Shown here one piece after another: positions 9,673 through 20,366 of a stretch of DNA of 64,000 nt. The position numbers and the translations under genes are program-made. The DNA comes from an uncultured Acidobacteriota bacterium. Lineage in GTDB: Bacteria > Acidobacteriota > JAQAZP01. The stretch's first letter is position 1. Every line of letters starts with the position of its first letter. The notes under the pieces were generated by a model. The model saw nothing but the letters and a program-made list of their open reading frames with translations. It searched no databases and was not told the DNA's origin. The stretch spans positions 416,001 to 480,000 of the forward strand of contig CAWIIB010000009.1 of the NCBI GenBank assembly GCA_963836075.1. Direction: 5' to 3'.

Positions 9673-10812
9673 TCACAGGCCGATTTCCTTGGCGATGATC
9701 AGGTCGAGGATTTCCGAGGTGCCGCCGCCGAAGAGGGTGAAGCGGACGTCCCTGAGGTGGCGCTGCACCGGGTATTCCATGGCGTAACCATACGAGGCGA
9801 GCACCCGGGAGGCCACGTCGCAGGCCCGCACCGCCGCCTCGGAGGCGAAGAGCTTGGCCATGGAGGCTTCCTTCATGTTGGACATCTCGTTGGCCTCGCG
9901 CCAGGTGGCGTAATCCATCAAACGCCGGGATGCCTCCAGCTCGGTGGCCGCCTCGGCCATCTTGACCTTCAGCGCCTGGAACTTGCCCACCGGCTTGCCG
10001 AACTGCTTCCGCTCATTGGCATACTGGATCGCGTATTCCAGGGCCGCCTCCCCCGGCCCCTGGGCCAGGGCGGCGGTGGTCAGCCGGATCTTGGTCAGGA
10101 TCTCGGTGAGGTAGTCCCGGCCGCCGTGCAGCTCGCCCAGCAGGTGGTCCTCCGGCACCACCACGCCCTCGAAAGCCACCTCGGAGTTCACCGATCCCCA
10201 GAGCCCCATCTTCTCGATGGTCTTGCCCACGGTGAGGCCGGGTGTCCCCTTCTCCACCAGGAAGACGCTCAGCTCTTTCTTCTCGCCGGTAAGGGCAAAG
10301 ACGGTGAACAGGTCGGCAATGGGCGCCGAGGTGATCCAGGTCTTGGTGCCGTCGATCTGCCAGCCGCCGTCCACCCTGGTGGCCCGGGTGGCGATGGCCC
10401 CCAGGTCGCTGCCCGCCTCCGGTTCGGTGATGCAGATGGTGCCCACCAGGTCGCCGTTGATCGCCGGCTTGAGGAACTTCTCGTGCAGTTCACTGTTGTC
10501 GGAGCGGTAGATGAAGTAGGTGCCCATCAGCGACTGCATGGTGCAGAGGGCGGCCACGGACAGCGAGGCCCGGGCCAGCTCTTCGATGGCGATGAGGTAA
10601 CCGCGCACGCCGCACTCGGTCCCGCCGCACGACTCGGGGTAGCGCATGCCGAAGAGCCCCAGCTGGCCCACCTGGCGGAACAGTTCGGGCGGCACGCCCT
10701 TGGCCCGGTCGATCTCCTCGGCCCGCGGGGCCACCTGCTCGGTGGCGAAGCGGCGGAAGGTCTCGCGGATCAGTTCCTCTTCCTCGCTGTAGGTGAAATC
10801 GAGCATGGTCAC
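9673..10812 (-). CDS. Acyl-CoA dehydrogenase
   Basis: ITEPEAGSD, GTKTWIT, RKQFGKPVGKFQ, ASMAKLFASE, GYAMEYPVQRHLRD. Confidence 0.95.
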   Translation of the reverse strand: MTMLDFTYSEEEELIRETFRRFATEQVAPRAEEIDRAKGVPPELFRQVGQLGLFGMRYPESCGGTECGVRGYLIAIEELARASLSVAALCTMQSLMGTYFIYRSDNSELHEKFLKPAINGDLVGTICITEPEAGSDLGAIATRATRVDGGWQIDGTKTWITSAPIADLFTVFALTGEKKELSVFLVEKGTPGLTVGKTIEKMGLWGSVNSEVAFEGVVVPEDHLLGELHGGRDYLTEILTKIRLTTAALAQGPGEAALEYAIQYANERKQFGKPVGKFQALKVKMAEAATELEASRRLMDYATWREANEMSNMKEASMAKLFASEAAVRACDVASRVLASYGYAMEYPVQRHLRDVRFTLFGGGTSEILDLIIAKEIGL

Positions 10813-11106
10813 TCCGTCATTTCAGCCGGTGTGGTATCAGCTGGGCCGCAAACAGGCCGAAGGCCGCATCGGTGCAGTCCATATCTCAGATTGTGAACCC
10901 GGAGGTCGGAATACCGCTTCACCGAATCAACTTCGATTGCACACTGAGGATAAACGCTAGCAACAGCGAACCTTATTCTGTTCCAACACGCAGGGGAGGG
11001 GTAGAACTGTCGGCTGATCAGGCCCCTGCGGACATATTCAATCTGGCAGGGCAGTAGATACCGGAAGTATAAGTCAGGTGGGGTCGGCGTTCAAGGAGAT
11101 GACACT

Positions 11107-12555
11107 TTACTCCAGATAGCCCAGCGCTTTGAGCCGCCGGGTGGTGTCGGCCAGCTGTTCCGGGTCGAACCGGCTGGGCAACGGGTCGGCCTCCCTGTTC
11201 CAGGTCCCCAGGCGCTTCCGCAACTCGTCCGCCTTGCGCTTCCAGCGCGGGTCGCCGGTGCGCAGCAGGTTGCGGGTCTCGTGGGGGTCCCGCGAAAGGT
11301 CATACAGCGCCTGGTCTTTGCGGTAGAGGGACATCTGGTATTTGAAGTCTCCGTCCCAGACACAGACCATCTTGGCGAAGTTTGGCCACTGTGCCGCGGG
11401 CAGGTCAGCATCGCCCGGCGCCCGCACCGCTTCACCGAAGCGGATGCGGGGCGGACTGTTCGCCTTGTCCTTGTCCAGTTGGATGGGCTGACCGTCGATG
11501 CCGGGCGGTTGCGGCATCTCGAGACGGTGAAGAACGGTGGGCAGGATATCGATGCTCGCCGTCACCCCGGGGATCTCCGTTCCGGCCCGGGCCGCCCCGG
11601 GCAGCCGGATGATGCCCACCGCGTCCATCTCGGTCTCGTAGGTCGACCAGCCGTGGCTGATCATCCCCCCGTGTTCCCCGATGTTCTCGCCATGGTCGCT
11701 GGTCACCACCAGCATGGACTGGTCGAGGATCCCGCTCTGGCGGAGATAATCGAACAGGCGGCCCAGTTGGTCATCCATGTAAGAGACTTCACCGGCATAG
11801 GCCCGGCGGGCGCGGTTGAACTGCTCGTCCAGGGAGGGCCGCCCACCAGCGCCCGGTTCCGCTCCCGGGACGTCGGTCACGCCGCCGGGACCGTACATCG
11901 TGTCGAAGGGCGGCGGCGGAGTGTGGGGTGCGTGGGCGTCGAAGTAGTGGATGAAGAGGAACAGCCGTTCCTTCCCGCTCCGGCCCTCCAGGTGGCTGAT
12001 CACGGCGTCGGTTACCGTCTCGGCGCTGCGCTGATTCTGGTCGGCGCCGAAGGTCCCCACTTCGATATCAAAGTTCTCGTCGAAGTAGTCGAACCCCTGG
12101 TTGAAGCGGAACCGGCTTTCCAGGGCAAAGGAACCGAGGAACCCCGCGGTGTGGAATCCGGCGTCCCCCAGGATCTCAGCCAGCATCAGGTTCTCGGGAT
12201 TCACCAGGTAGCCGTTGCTCACCACCCCGTGGGTGTGGGGGTAGTTGCCGGTGAGCAGGGACAGGTGGGAAGGCAGGGTTGCCGAGACCACGGTGCGGTA
12301 GTTGAGCAGCAGGATCGATTCCCGGGCCAGCTGGTCCAGGTGGGGCGTCCGGGCCCAGTCGTTGCCGTAGCAGCCGATGTGGTCGGTGCGCGTGGTGTCG
12401 AGGGAGATGAAAATCACGTGGCGCATAGCACCGTCCCTGGAGGGCCCGGTGCCGGAGCAGGACGGGATGGCGAGCAGGGAGGCCAGGCTCACGAGAAGGA
12501 CAAGCACCCGCAGGCCGGTTCTTCTCCCTCTGGTCGAAATACGGTTGTACAACAT
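11107..12555 (-). CDS. Sulfatase-like (alkaline phosphatase superfamily) lipoprotein
   Basis: ISLDTTRTDH, TLPSHLSLLTG, HYFDAHAP, TSDHGE, C-terminal LKALGY; signal peptide with Cys. Confidence 0.88.
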   Translation of the reverse strand: MLYNRISTRGRRTGLRVLVLLVSLASLLAIPSCSGTGPSRDGAMRHVIFISLDTTRTDHIGCYGNDWARTPHLDQLARESILLLNYRTVVSATLPSHLSLLTGNYPHTHGVVSNGYLVNPENLMLAEILGDAGFHTAGFLGSFALESRFRFNQGFDYFDENFDIEVGTFGADQNQRSAETVTDAVISHLEGRSGKERLFLFIHYFDAHAPHTPPPPFDTMYGPGGVTDVPGAEPGAGGRPSLDEQFNRARRAYAGEVSYMDDQLGRLFDYLRQSGILDQSMLVVTSDHGENIGEHGGMISHGWSTYETEMDAVGIIRLPGAARAGTEIPGVTASIDILPTVLHRLEMPQPPGIDGQPIQLDKDKANSPPRIRFGEAVRAPGDADLPAAQWPNFAKMVCVWDGDFKYQMSLYRKDQALYDLSRDPHETRNLLRTGDPRWKRKADELRKRLGTWNREADPLPSRFDPEQLADTTRRLKALGYLE

Positions 12556-12812
12556 GTTGACCGGTCTCTCACCACGCCTGGATCGGCACCCAGCTCACTC
12601 TCCATGCTCCGGGAGCAAGGATAGGTGAGCGCAATGATTTGGTCAATCGGACGGCAAGGGCCGGCAGCTTGACTGCTCAATGATGATTCCCTATCCTTTT
12701 CGAAACACTTTTCACCAGACTGGCAACTTAATACGGCACACTCTTTCGTCCGGTCATCCACGGATGGCAACAGGCCCGGGAGCATCCGTGGATGAGGGGC
12801 AGCGATCGTCGC

Positions 12813-15338
12813 ATGAATCTTCGCCGGCTCATCAGCACGCTCATCCTGTCCGTGGGGCTCCTCGTTTCGTATGCCGGGGCCGATACCCTGAGACTTGCCG
12901 ACGGCACGGTTCTGACAGGCGAGGTCAGACTGGTCACCGACTCGATCATCGAGGTGAAGACGGACGGAAAGGTCCGCTTCATCAGCCTGAACAAGGTCCA
13001 TCCTGAAGACCGGGCCCGTTTCGAGAAGCAGGCGGATCCCCCGGACGGCGCCGCGGAGGCCCCCGGGACACCTGGCGGCGACACACTGCCCGGCACGTCT
13101 GACAGCGCAGGAATCCCCACACCGCCGGCCGCAGCGGAGGCCGCAGCTCAGGATGTTCCGTGGGACGGGGAGACGCTGGACGTCCCGATCCTGACACGAA
13201 CAGCCTTCAGCGTGGACACGGCGCAAGCCACCCGCGTGAAAGCCGCCGAAGCGCTTCACCGGCTGGGATACGACGGCCCGGTGGACCCGCTGATCGAGCA
13301 GTTCGGCTCAACGGACGAGATGGTCGCCGCCCAGGCCCTGCAGGTGATGAGAAAGATGCCGTCCCTGCGCATGCTGGAGCCCATTCTGGCAAGGTTTACG
13401 GAATACCGGTGGCAGGACAAGGAAAACGTGCGCTGGTTTGGCGAGATTCTGGCCGCCATGGGGGACTCCGCCGTGCCGCGGATCATCGAGGTCTCGCAGC
13501 AGTCCGACTACCGCAAAGGCTACGACCTGATCACGGTAATGGGATTCCTCGATGATCCCCGCATCACCACTCATCTCGTGCAGCTCGTGGAACAGATGGA
13601 GAGCGGGTACCCGAGAGAGGAGGCTTTTGATTCGCTGGCCCGGATCGGGACACCGGAAGCGGTGGAAGCGATCATCGGGCCGCTGTGTCAGGCGGTGGAA
13701 AACGATACCAGTGACAACCTGGACTGTATGTGGGCCATCGGGACCCTCGGTGAACTGGGGGACAAGCGCGGTGTGGAGCCGTTGATCCACGCCCTGAAAC
13801 GTGAGTCCGAGCCTTCGGGCAGCCAGTACGCCATCGCGGAAGCCCTGGTGAAGATCAAGGACCCCAGGGCCCTGGGCCCGCTGATCGGCAAGCTGCGAAG
13901 CTCGAACATGGAAATGCGTCACCTGGCGGCCGAGGCCCTCGGCGGGCTGGGGGATCCCGCCGCGATCAAACCGCTGATGAGCCTGATGGTCTATCTGGAT
14001 GAAGATCTGCGCATGACGGCGGCGGAAGGCATCGGCATGATCGGTGACCTGAGAACGGCGGGGGTGTTGATCGGGTATCTCGATGCCTGCCCCGGTGACG
14101 AGAATACATACGAACCGCTGGTGGGTCTTGGCGAGATGGGCGGCAAGCGAGTCTACCGCGCCATCCAGCAGCGCATGAGCAGGGAACCTGCCGACGGGAT
14201 GACGGAGTACCATGGTCAGCAGGCCCTGGACAAGATCGACAGCGCCGGCACTGCTGAAGCGGAAGTGTCTGCAGGAGAGACATCCCTCTGGCACTTTTCG
14301 TGCTGGCTCGGCTTCCTCGTCCGCTGGCTGCTGATCGCCATCATCTGGTACCGCCTGATCGTTAACCCGGCCCGGGACGCCGAAGACCAGACGGCACGAA
14401 AACCCTCATGGTTCGAGCGTTTTGTCTTGCTTACCCTTGCCGGCTTGTGCGTCGTCCGTCTTTTATACGTGCTCATCTTCCACCTGAACCCCGGTGTGCT
14501 CACGCTGGTGGTCTCCACCGGCATGCCCCTGGGCCGCTATGTCCTCTGTGCCGTGATGGACCTGCTGGTGGTGCTGCTGGCCGTTCGCGGCGCCTGGCGC
14601 CGGCGGCCCTGGGGCTGGCCCCTGCTGCTCGCCTATCTCCCGATAGCCGCACTGCTCAGCCTCTATGACTACGGGTACTGGACGATGGTCATGCTGGTCG
14701 GCGCCTTTGGTGGCCTCGTCGCCCTTGGCGCCTGGCTGCTTGGCGAACGTCTGTCACTCCGCCCTGTCACATCCGAAACAAGGGTTGAACAGGTCGTGAT
14801 CGAACACCCCTGGTTCACCAGACCCTTCCTCACCGCCCTGGTTCTGCTCAACTCGGCCCGCCTGCTGATCGCGGTGGCGGCATCCGTCCTCTTCCTCGGC
14901 TTCACCATGACCTGGGGCTGGGACGCATTCACTATCCTGCTCGGTGTGCTGGCGGCCGCCATCGCCGGCGTTGCTGATGCCGCTTTGGTCTACCTGGTTA
15001 ACAAACTGCTGCTGATGTTGTTCTGCAGGGCTCGGCGGGGACCGACGTGGGTTGAGCGGACCATTGACGGAGTGAGCGGGCTTGTCCTGGCCGGCCTCTG
15101 CATCCTCGCCTTCGGCGCGTGTGTTGGAAGCGGGGTGGAGGAATCAGAAAACATCCCGGAGATGATCCTGAGTTCAGCAGCGCCGCTCCTGCTGATCGGG
15201 ATCATCAGCATCTATCCCGTTCTCCAGGTCTGGAGAAACAGGGAACAGAGAATCCTGCGCTACTACGTGATCGCCACCATCGTGGCCTACTTCCTGGCGC
15301 AGCCCCTCGCCTGGCTCTGGATAACGAAGCTGCAATAG
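12813..15338 (+). CDS. HEAT-repeat protein with signal peptide and C-terminal multi-pass membrane domain
   Basis: Repeated ALGxLGDxxAxxPLI units followed by many hydrophobic helices. Confidence 0.8.
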   Translation: MNLRRLISTLILSVGLLVSYAGADTLRLADGTVLTGEVRLVTDSIIEVKTDGKVRFISLNKVHPEDRARFEKQADPPDGAAEAPGTPGGDTLPGTSDSAGIPTPPAAAEAAAQDVPWDGETLDVPILTRTAFSVDTAQATRVKAAEALHRLGYDGPVDPLIEQFGSTDEMVAAQALQVMRKMPSLRMLEPILARFTEYRWQDKENVRWFGEILAAMGDSAVPRIIEVSQQSDYRKGYDLITVMGFLDDPRITTHLVQLVEQMESGYPREEAFDSLARIGTPEAVEAIIGPLCQAVENDTSDNLDCMWAIGTLGELGDKRGVEPLIHALKRESEPSGSQYAIAEALVKIKDPRALGPLIGKLRSSNMEMRHLAAEALGGLGDPAAIKPLMSLMVYLDEDLRMTAAEGIGMIGDLRTAGVLIGYLDACPGDENTYEPLVGLGEMGGKRVYRAIQQRMSREPADGMTEYHGQQALDKIDSAGTAEAEVSAGETSLWHFSCWLGFLVRWLLIAIIWYRLIVNPARDAEDQTARKPSWFERFVLLTLAGLCVVRLLYVLIFHLNPGVLTLVVSTGMPLGRYVLCAVMDLLVVLLAVRGAWRRRPWGWPLLLAYLPIAALLSLYDYGYWTMVMLVGAFGGLVALGAWLLGERLSLRPVTSETRVEQVVIEHPWFTRPFLTALVLLNSARLLIAVAASVLFLGFTMTWGWDAFTILLGVLAAAIAGVADAALVYLVNKLLLMLFCRARRGPTWVERTIDGVSGLVLAGLCILAFGACVGSGVEESENIPEMILSSAAPLLLIGIISIYPVLQVWRNREQRILRYYVIATIVAYFLAQPLAWLWITKLQ

Positions 15339-15382
15339 GAGCCTACGCACGAGGTGACGATCTCCAGTGCAGGGTATTGCAT

Positions 15383-16597
15383 ATGAGCATCAAGCGTAGA
15401 GTCATCTCGCAGGGCAAGAAGCTCATCCCTCGCCCGCTGTTGCCCCTCTTCACATCACTGAGAAACATTCGAACCTTCTACCCGCCGTATCTCTTCTCCG
15501 ACGGCCTGGCAAAACCTCCCGACATCGTCGAGATCGAAATCACCCACCGGTGCAATTGCCGCTGCAGAATGTGCGCGCTGCACGAAAACAGGGAAATCAG
15601 CGACGAAATCGAGCGCCGGGCCCATGATGAACTGCCGGTCAAGGCCTGGAAGGAGATTTTCGACGATCTCAGTGCCTCCGGGGTCCGGCAGGTGACCCTC
15701 TCGGGTGGCGAACCGCTGGTCAAGGAGCAGCTGGCGGAGCTCCTCAGCCATGCGCGGCACTGTGGCCTGGCAATCTCGATCATCACCAACGGCAGTCTGA
15801 TCGACCGCTCCATGGCCGAGTTGCTGGTGGATCTGCCAGTTGATCTGCTGATGATTTCTCTGGACGGCCCGCGCCAGGTCCACAACACTGTCCGGCGACA
15901 GGATGTGTTTGACGCCGTGATGGACGGCATCGACCTGATCCAGATGGAAAAGAAGAGAAGGTCACGTCAGTCCCCCAGAATGCTCTTCCTCTGCACGATT
16001 ACGAAGATGAATCAGAGCGATCTGACCGACGTGTTGAAAATCGGCCACGCCAAGAGGATGCCGGTCTATTTCAGCAGGCTTTTCTACACCACCGAAAATA
16101 TGTTGCGCGAAACGGACGCGATCTATCCCCTCGGTGCGGCGAAAACAGAAGATCAGATTTCCATCGGAAAGATGAAGACGGTGGACGTGGATGTCCTGTA
16201 CAACGAACTGCAACGTTTGAAGGCCGTCGCCAGGGACCATCCTGTGGAATACCGCTGCGAACTGAGAACCCGCAAAGACATCCAGAACTTCTACTATGAC
16301 GACAACTTCTCATTTGCCAACAAGTGTTTCTATCCCTGGCAGTCCGCCCGCGTCGACCCCCGGGGCCTTGTCTACCCCTGTTCGATGAATACGGAGATGG
16401 GGAACCTGATGGAGACTTCATTCGCCGAGATCTGGAACGGTCCCCGCTATATCCACTTCAGGCAGGCGCTGAAGAAGGTGCGCATTTTCCCAAAATGCCG
16501 CAAATGTTGCGAACTCTCCAAATGGCACGCTTTTCGGAGTTATCTGCCGAGCCTGCCTGCCGGCCTCACTCGCCGGAAGAGCAGACCCCCGGGATGA
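15383..16597 (+). CDS. Radical SAM protein with SPASM/Twitch domain
   Basis: CNCRCRMC, SGGEP, ISLDG...HNTVR, CFYPW...VYPC...CRKC. Confidence 0.9.
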   Translation: MSIKRRVISQGKKLIPRPLLPLFTSLRNIRTFYPPYLFSDGLAKPPDIVEIEITHRCNCRCRMCALHENREISDEIERRAHDELPVKAWKEIFDDLSASGVRQVTLSGGEPLVKEQLAELLSHARHCGLAISIITNGSLIDRSMAELLVDLPVDLLMISLDGPRQVHNTVRRQDVFDAVMDGIDLIQMEKKRRSRQSPRMLFLCTITKMNQSDLTDVLKIGHAKRMPVYFSRLFYTTENMLRETDAIYPLGAAKTEDQISIGKMKTVDVDVLYNELQRLKAVARDHPVEYRCELRTRKDIQNFYYDDNFSFANKCFYPWQSARVDPRGLVYPCSMNTEMGNLMETSFAEIWNGPRYIHFRQALKKVRIFPKCRKCCELSKWHAFRSYLPSLPAGLTRRKSRPPG

Positions 16598-16604
16598 ACC
16601 CCTC

Positions 16605-16647
16605 TCATCCTCTCCGTCTCCTTCTCGTCGAGCTGGAGGGTCTCGTC
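16605..16647 (-). repeat. Degenerate copy of hydantoinase B 3' end (copy A)
   Basis: Reads DETLQLDEKETERM vs DEKTLQLDEEETERL at the end of 43337..45073. Confidence 0.75.
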
Positions 16648-16652
16648 AACGA

Positions 16653-19145
16653 TCAATCAGCCGTGTCGAGGACGGCCTGCCAGCCGGCGGCTTCTTCGGG
16701 CCGGCCAACAGACTCAGTGACCTCCACCAGCATCTCGAGCAGTTGGGCCATCTTGGGGTGCTCGGGCCCGAAGCGGGTGGACATGATCCGGTAGGCCTCT
16801 TCCAGGTCCGGCAGCGCCTCGGCAGGCCGGCCGAGCCGCAGGCGGCACTCTCCGGCAGAATGGAGGGCGAATCCGCGGCCGATGAAATCCGGTGAGACCT
16901 CCTCGGCGAGGATGGCGGCGCTCTCTGCGGCGAGTGGTTCGGCCTCGGCGTAGCGCTGCTGGGCTGCGTAGAACGCCGCCAGATTGATGACACCCGCCAC
17001 CTGTTCGGGGTGTCGATCGCCGAGCACCCGCCGGCCGGTCTCGACGTTTTCAATATAGTAGGGCTCAGCTTCGTCGAAGCGGCCCTGGTCCTTGAGGATG
17101 ATGCCGAGATTGTTCACCCCCACCTGGGTCTGCTGGTGGTCGTTCCCCAGGATCCTGCGCATGGTCTCGAGCGCCTCCCGGGTCACTTTCTCGGCCTCGG
17201 CGTGTCGGCGAGCCAGACGCAGCAGCCAGCCGTAATTCGTCATCACCGACAGCGTGTGCGGGTGCTCCGTTCCAAATCGCTTCTCCAGAGCGGGGATCAG
17301 CTCGAGATAGAGGGCCTCGCTGCGCTCGAAGTCGAGCTGGTCCCCGGCCACCTGGGCCATGCTGTTGAGCAGGTCCAGCGTGGTTTCGTCATCGGGGCCG
17401 AGCGAGGTCCGGGCGATCTCCAGAACCGGTGTGCCGAGCGCGTCCGCCTCCTCGAGGCGATTCTGGTAGAGCAGGGTCTCCACCAGCACCGTGGTGGTGT
17501 TTACCACGTCGGGGTGGTCCTCACCGAGGACCTGGCGCTGCTTCTCCAGCACCTCCCGCAGCTCGGATTCCGCGGTTTCCAGATCACCGAGGAAGTAGCG
17601 GGCCGTCCCCAGATCGCTCTGCGCCCGCAGGGTTGCGGGAGCGAGCGGGCCGGCCACCTCCCGGTACAGCTGGAGAGACCGTTCCGCGTGGCCGGGAACC
17701 AGATCGAATTCACCAAGGTCCCGGTAGGTCGCCGCCAGCACCCGGCGCATTTCGGCTTCCACATCGGGCTGGTCGGCCAGCTCGGCGCCGATGCGAATTG
17801 CGGCCTTGTCGAGGATCTCCCGCAACATGGTGGTGTCCCGGCCGAGGGCCACCGAGGGGCCGACGCCGGCCAGCATGCTCTCCAGGAGCGCGGCCACCTG
17901 TTCGCTCTTGGCCGCGGCGGCATGCGCCCGTTCAGCTTCGCGCTCAGCGCGGACATACATGACCGAGGAGACGGCCAGCGCCGCAACGAGGGCGAGCAGC
18001 GCAGTGGCCGCGGCGCCAACCCAGGCCCGGTTGCGGCCGGCGAACTTGCGGATCTGGTACAGGGCACTTGGCGGGCGGGCATTGATCGGCTGGGAGGAGA
18101 GATAGCGGTCGATGTCCTCGGCCAGCGCCGCCGCCGACTCGTAGCGCCGTGCCGGCTCCTTTTCCAGCGCCTTGCCGACGATGTTCTCCACGTCCAGGTC
18201 CAGGCGGCCGATGCCGCTCCAGCTCTGGCGCAGCGGCCGCGGCGGTTCCTCGCAGATCACTCGAATCGCTTCGGCCAGGGCGGCACGCACGGTTTCGTAT
18301 GGCCGTTGCCCGGCCACCAGCTCGTAGAGGATGACGCCCAGGGCGTAGATATCGGTGCGCACATCCACCGCATCGGCCTCTCCCCGCGCCTGCTCCGGAC
18401 TCATGTAGGGCAGGGTGCCCTTGATCATCCCCACTTCGGTGGCCATGGTGGCCAGCACGTCCTGGTCGGTGAACCGGGCCAGCCCGAAATCGAGGATCTT
18501 CACCATGGGCAGCGGTGTGGTCTGACCACTCCCCGAGTAGGTGGTCTGCTCGTCGGTCACCAGGATGTTGGTCGGTTTCAGGTCACGGTGAATCACTCCC
18601 CGCTGGTGGGCATAGTGCACGGCCTGACAGAGCCCGGCGAACAGCCGCAACCGCAGTTTCAACTCGTCCGCAGTCACCTGCGACGGTCGCTGGGCAACCC
18701 AGCGGTCAAGGGTCAGGCCCCGGACCAGCTCCATGGCGAAGAAGTCACGGCCGTCGGCGGTGTGGCCCGACTCGTAGATCGCGGCGATATTGGGATGCTT
18801 CAGCCGGCCCAGAGTCTCCACCTCGCGGAGGAACATGCGGGCGTGCAGATCGTCCACCAGGTGGTGGCGGTGCGTCACCTTGATCGCCACCCGGCGCCTG
18901 GGGTGCTGCTGCTCAGCTTCATAGACCATGCCCATGGCCCCCTCGCCGAGCAGGCCGAGGATGCGATACCCCTCAATGTTTTCAGGAAGAGGCTGCGCAC
19001 CTCGCGGTGGACGGGGCGCTGACCGGTCGGTGGCGGCCAGGGTTTCCAGCTCGCCTGGAGTCGAGGGCTGGTCCGTGGCAGCCATGGTTTCCAACTCGTC
19101 TGGGACCGGGGGCTGCTCTTCCGGCCTGTTATCCTTGGGGTTCAT
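16653..19145 (-). CDS. Hanks-type Ser/Thr protein kinase with TM helix and TPR repeats
   Basis: LGEGAMGMVY, VAIK, HRDLKPTN, DFG, GTLPYMSPE; TM segment; LGxDHPx repeats. Confidence 0.95.
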   Translation of the reverse strand: MNPKDNRPEEQPPVPDELETMAATDQPSTPGELETLAATDRSAPRPPRGAQPLPENIEGYRILGLLGEGAMGMVYEAEQQHPRRRVAIKVTHRHHLVDDLHARMFLREVETLGRLKHPNIAAIYESGHTADGRDFFAMELVRGLTLDRWVAQRPSQVTADELKLRLRLFAGLCQAVHYAHQRGVIHRDLKPTNILVTDEQTTYSGSGQTTPLPMVKILDFGLARFTDQDVLATMATEVGMIKGTLPYMSPEQARGEADAVDVRTDIYALGVILYELVAGQRPYETVRAALAEAIRVICEEPPRPLRQSWSGIGRLDLDVENIVGKALEKEPARRYESAAALAEDIDRYLSSQPINARPPSALYQIRKFAGRNRAWVGAAATALLALVAALAVSSVMYVRAEREAERAHAAAAKSEQVAALLESMLAGVGPSVALGRDTTMLREILDKAAIRIGAELADQPDVEAEMRRVLAATYRDLGEFDLVPGHAERSLQLYREVAGPLAPATLRAQSDLGTARYFLGDLETAESELREVLEKQRQVLGEDHPDVVNTTTVLVETLLYQNRLEEADALGTPVLEIARTSLGPDDETTLDLLNSMAQVAGDQLDFERSEALYLELIPALEKRFGTEHPHTLSVMTNYGWLLRLARRHAEAEKVTREALETMRRILGNDHQQTQVGVNNLGIILKDQGRFDEAEPYYIENVETGRRVLGDRHPEQVAGVINLAAFYAAQQRYAEAEPLAAESAAILAEEVSPDFIGRGFALHSAGECRLRLGRPAEALPDLEEAYRIMSTRFGPEHPKMAQLLEMLVEVTESVGRPEEAAGWQAVLDTAD

Positions 19146-19424
19146 CTGGTGATCCTTGTTGTCGCGTTACCCAATCCCGGCGTGGATGATGACCTGTCAT
19201 TATTTAAAAACATTGATCACCAAAGTCAAATCCGCAGTCCGGAGCGGAGGGGTACGTCCGCTCTGGTTGATTGGGCAGGTCTAACTGTGCAGCTAATGGT
19301 CCGGGCGGGGAATGGAACCTATTCGAGATTCCGTGGAGGCCAGGGGGTTGTCCGGCAAGGGGGCATCATAAGACGCGGAAAACCAGCGAAACCGGAGGGC
19401 ATTGACATGGTCAGAGGCCTGTTC

Positions 19425-19520
19425 CACCGGGAGGATGATGCCGTGCACCTCCTCGGCGACTTTCTCCGCCTGGCGCAGCTTCGAATAGCCCCGGCCTCCC
19501 CCGCCGCCGGCCAGGTCCTG
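19425..19520 (-). repeat. Highly degenerate remnant of hydantoinase B C-terminal region (copy B)
   Basis: Reads QDLAGGGGGRGYSKLRQAEKVAEEVHGII vs QEAGGGGGWGDPKKRPAARVAEEVRDGII. Confidence 0.65.
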
Positions 19521-19555
19521 GAACGATCGCTGCAGCGCCGTAACGGCCTGTCACA

Positions 19556-19954
19556 TCACCGAAGCATTTCGAACAGATGATATCGTGCCGCCCGCCGATC
19601 GAAGGTGACGATTTTCTCGCAGCCGGCCGAATGTGCTGAACAAGCGATCAGCAGGTCCGGCAGGTCGACCTTCGAATCCCGTGCAACCCTGATAAACTGA
19701 CGAACAGCCGGTTGACTCTCGAACTCCAGGATTGGCATCAACAGCAGGTCATCCACGGCGTCCAGTATTTCCTCACGCCCGATATCGTACGCCGACTCCA
19801 ATGCCCGGATCGTCTGCAGTAGAACAAGGGTGGGGATATGAAAGGTCTCCCCGCCCTGCTCGGCGCGGGTGAACATTCGGTACACAGCCCTGGCTTGCTT
19901 CTCATCGTCTCTGACCAGGAATCGCACCAGCACATTCGTGTCCAGCGCCTTCAT
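19556..19954 (-). CDS. vapC: PIN-domain toxin (VapC family)
   Basis: [11 protein letters not shown]-terminus, DLLIA...IVTFD C-terminus; coupled to upstream antitoxin. Confidence 0.9.
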   Translation of the reverse strand: MKALDTNVLVRFLVRDDEKQARAVYRMFTRAEQGGETFHIPTLVLLQTIRALESAYDIGREEILDAVDDLLLMPILEFESQPAVRQFIRVARDSKVDLPDLLIACSAHSAGCEKIVTFDRRAARYHLFEMLR

Positions 19955-20199
19955 CTGCCGTCACCCCCGACTCCCCGCCGAACATGCTCGTCCATCTCCT
20001 CGATGGATACCGCCTTCCGGCCGGACCTGTGCAATCGTCCGAAAACATCATCCACCCGCCTGGTGACGGGCGTACACAGCACTCGGCCGTTCTCGTCGAG
20101 GATGAACTCCAGCTTGTCGCCGGAGTGGAGACCGAGTGCGTCCCGGATCGGTTTCGGGATGGTCACCTGCCCCTTCTTGGTCATTGTTGCCACGGCCAT
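19951..20199 (-). CDS. AbrB/MazE-family antitoxin
   Basis: [27 protein letters not shown]. Confidence 0.92.
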   Translation of the reverse strand: MAVATMTKKGQVTIPKPIRDALGLHSGDKLEFILDENGRVLCTPVTRRVDDVFGRLHRSGRKAVSIEEMDEHVRRGVGGDGR

Positions 20200-20227
20200 C
20201 TCCCGTTCTCCTTACTTTAATTAGATT

Positions 20228-20245
20228 CCTTACATTAAGGTAAGG
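20228..20245. promoter_or_regulatory. Putative autoregulatory operator of the AbrB-VapC operon
   Basis: ccttac-N6-gtaagg palindrome just upstream of the antitoxin, with another ccttac at 20210. Confidence 0.55.
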
Positions 20246-20366
20246 CATATGTGGCTGGAAGTCAATGGCAGTGCAATATCGCTGCCAGTGGGAAACCGGC
20301 TGGATTGATTGACGCAGGGGATTCAGGGCGGGAACTCAGGTTGACACAAACGCTACCTGGCAACAC

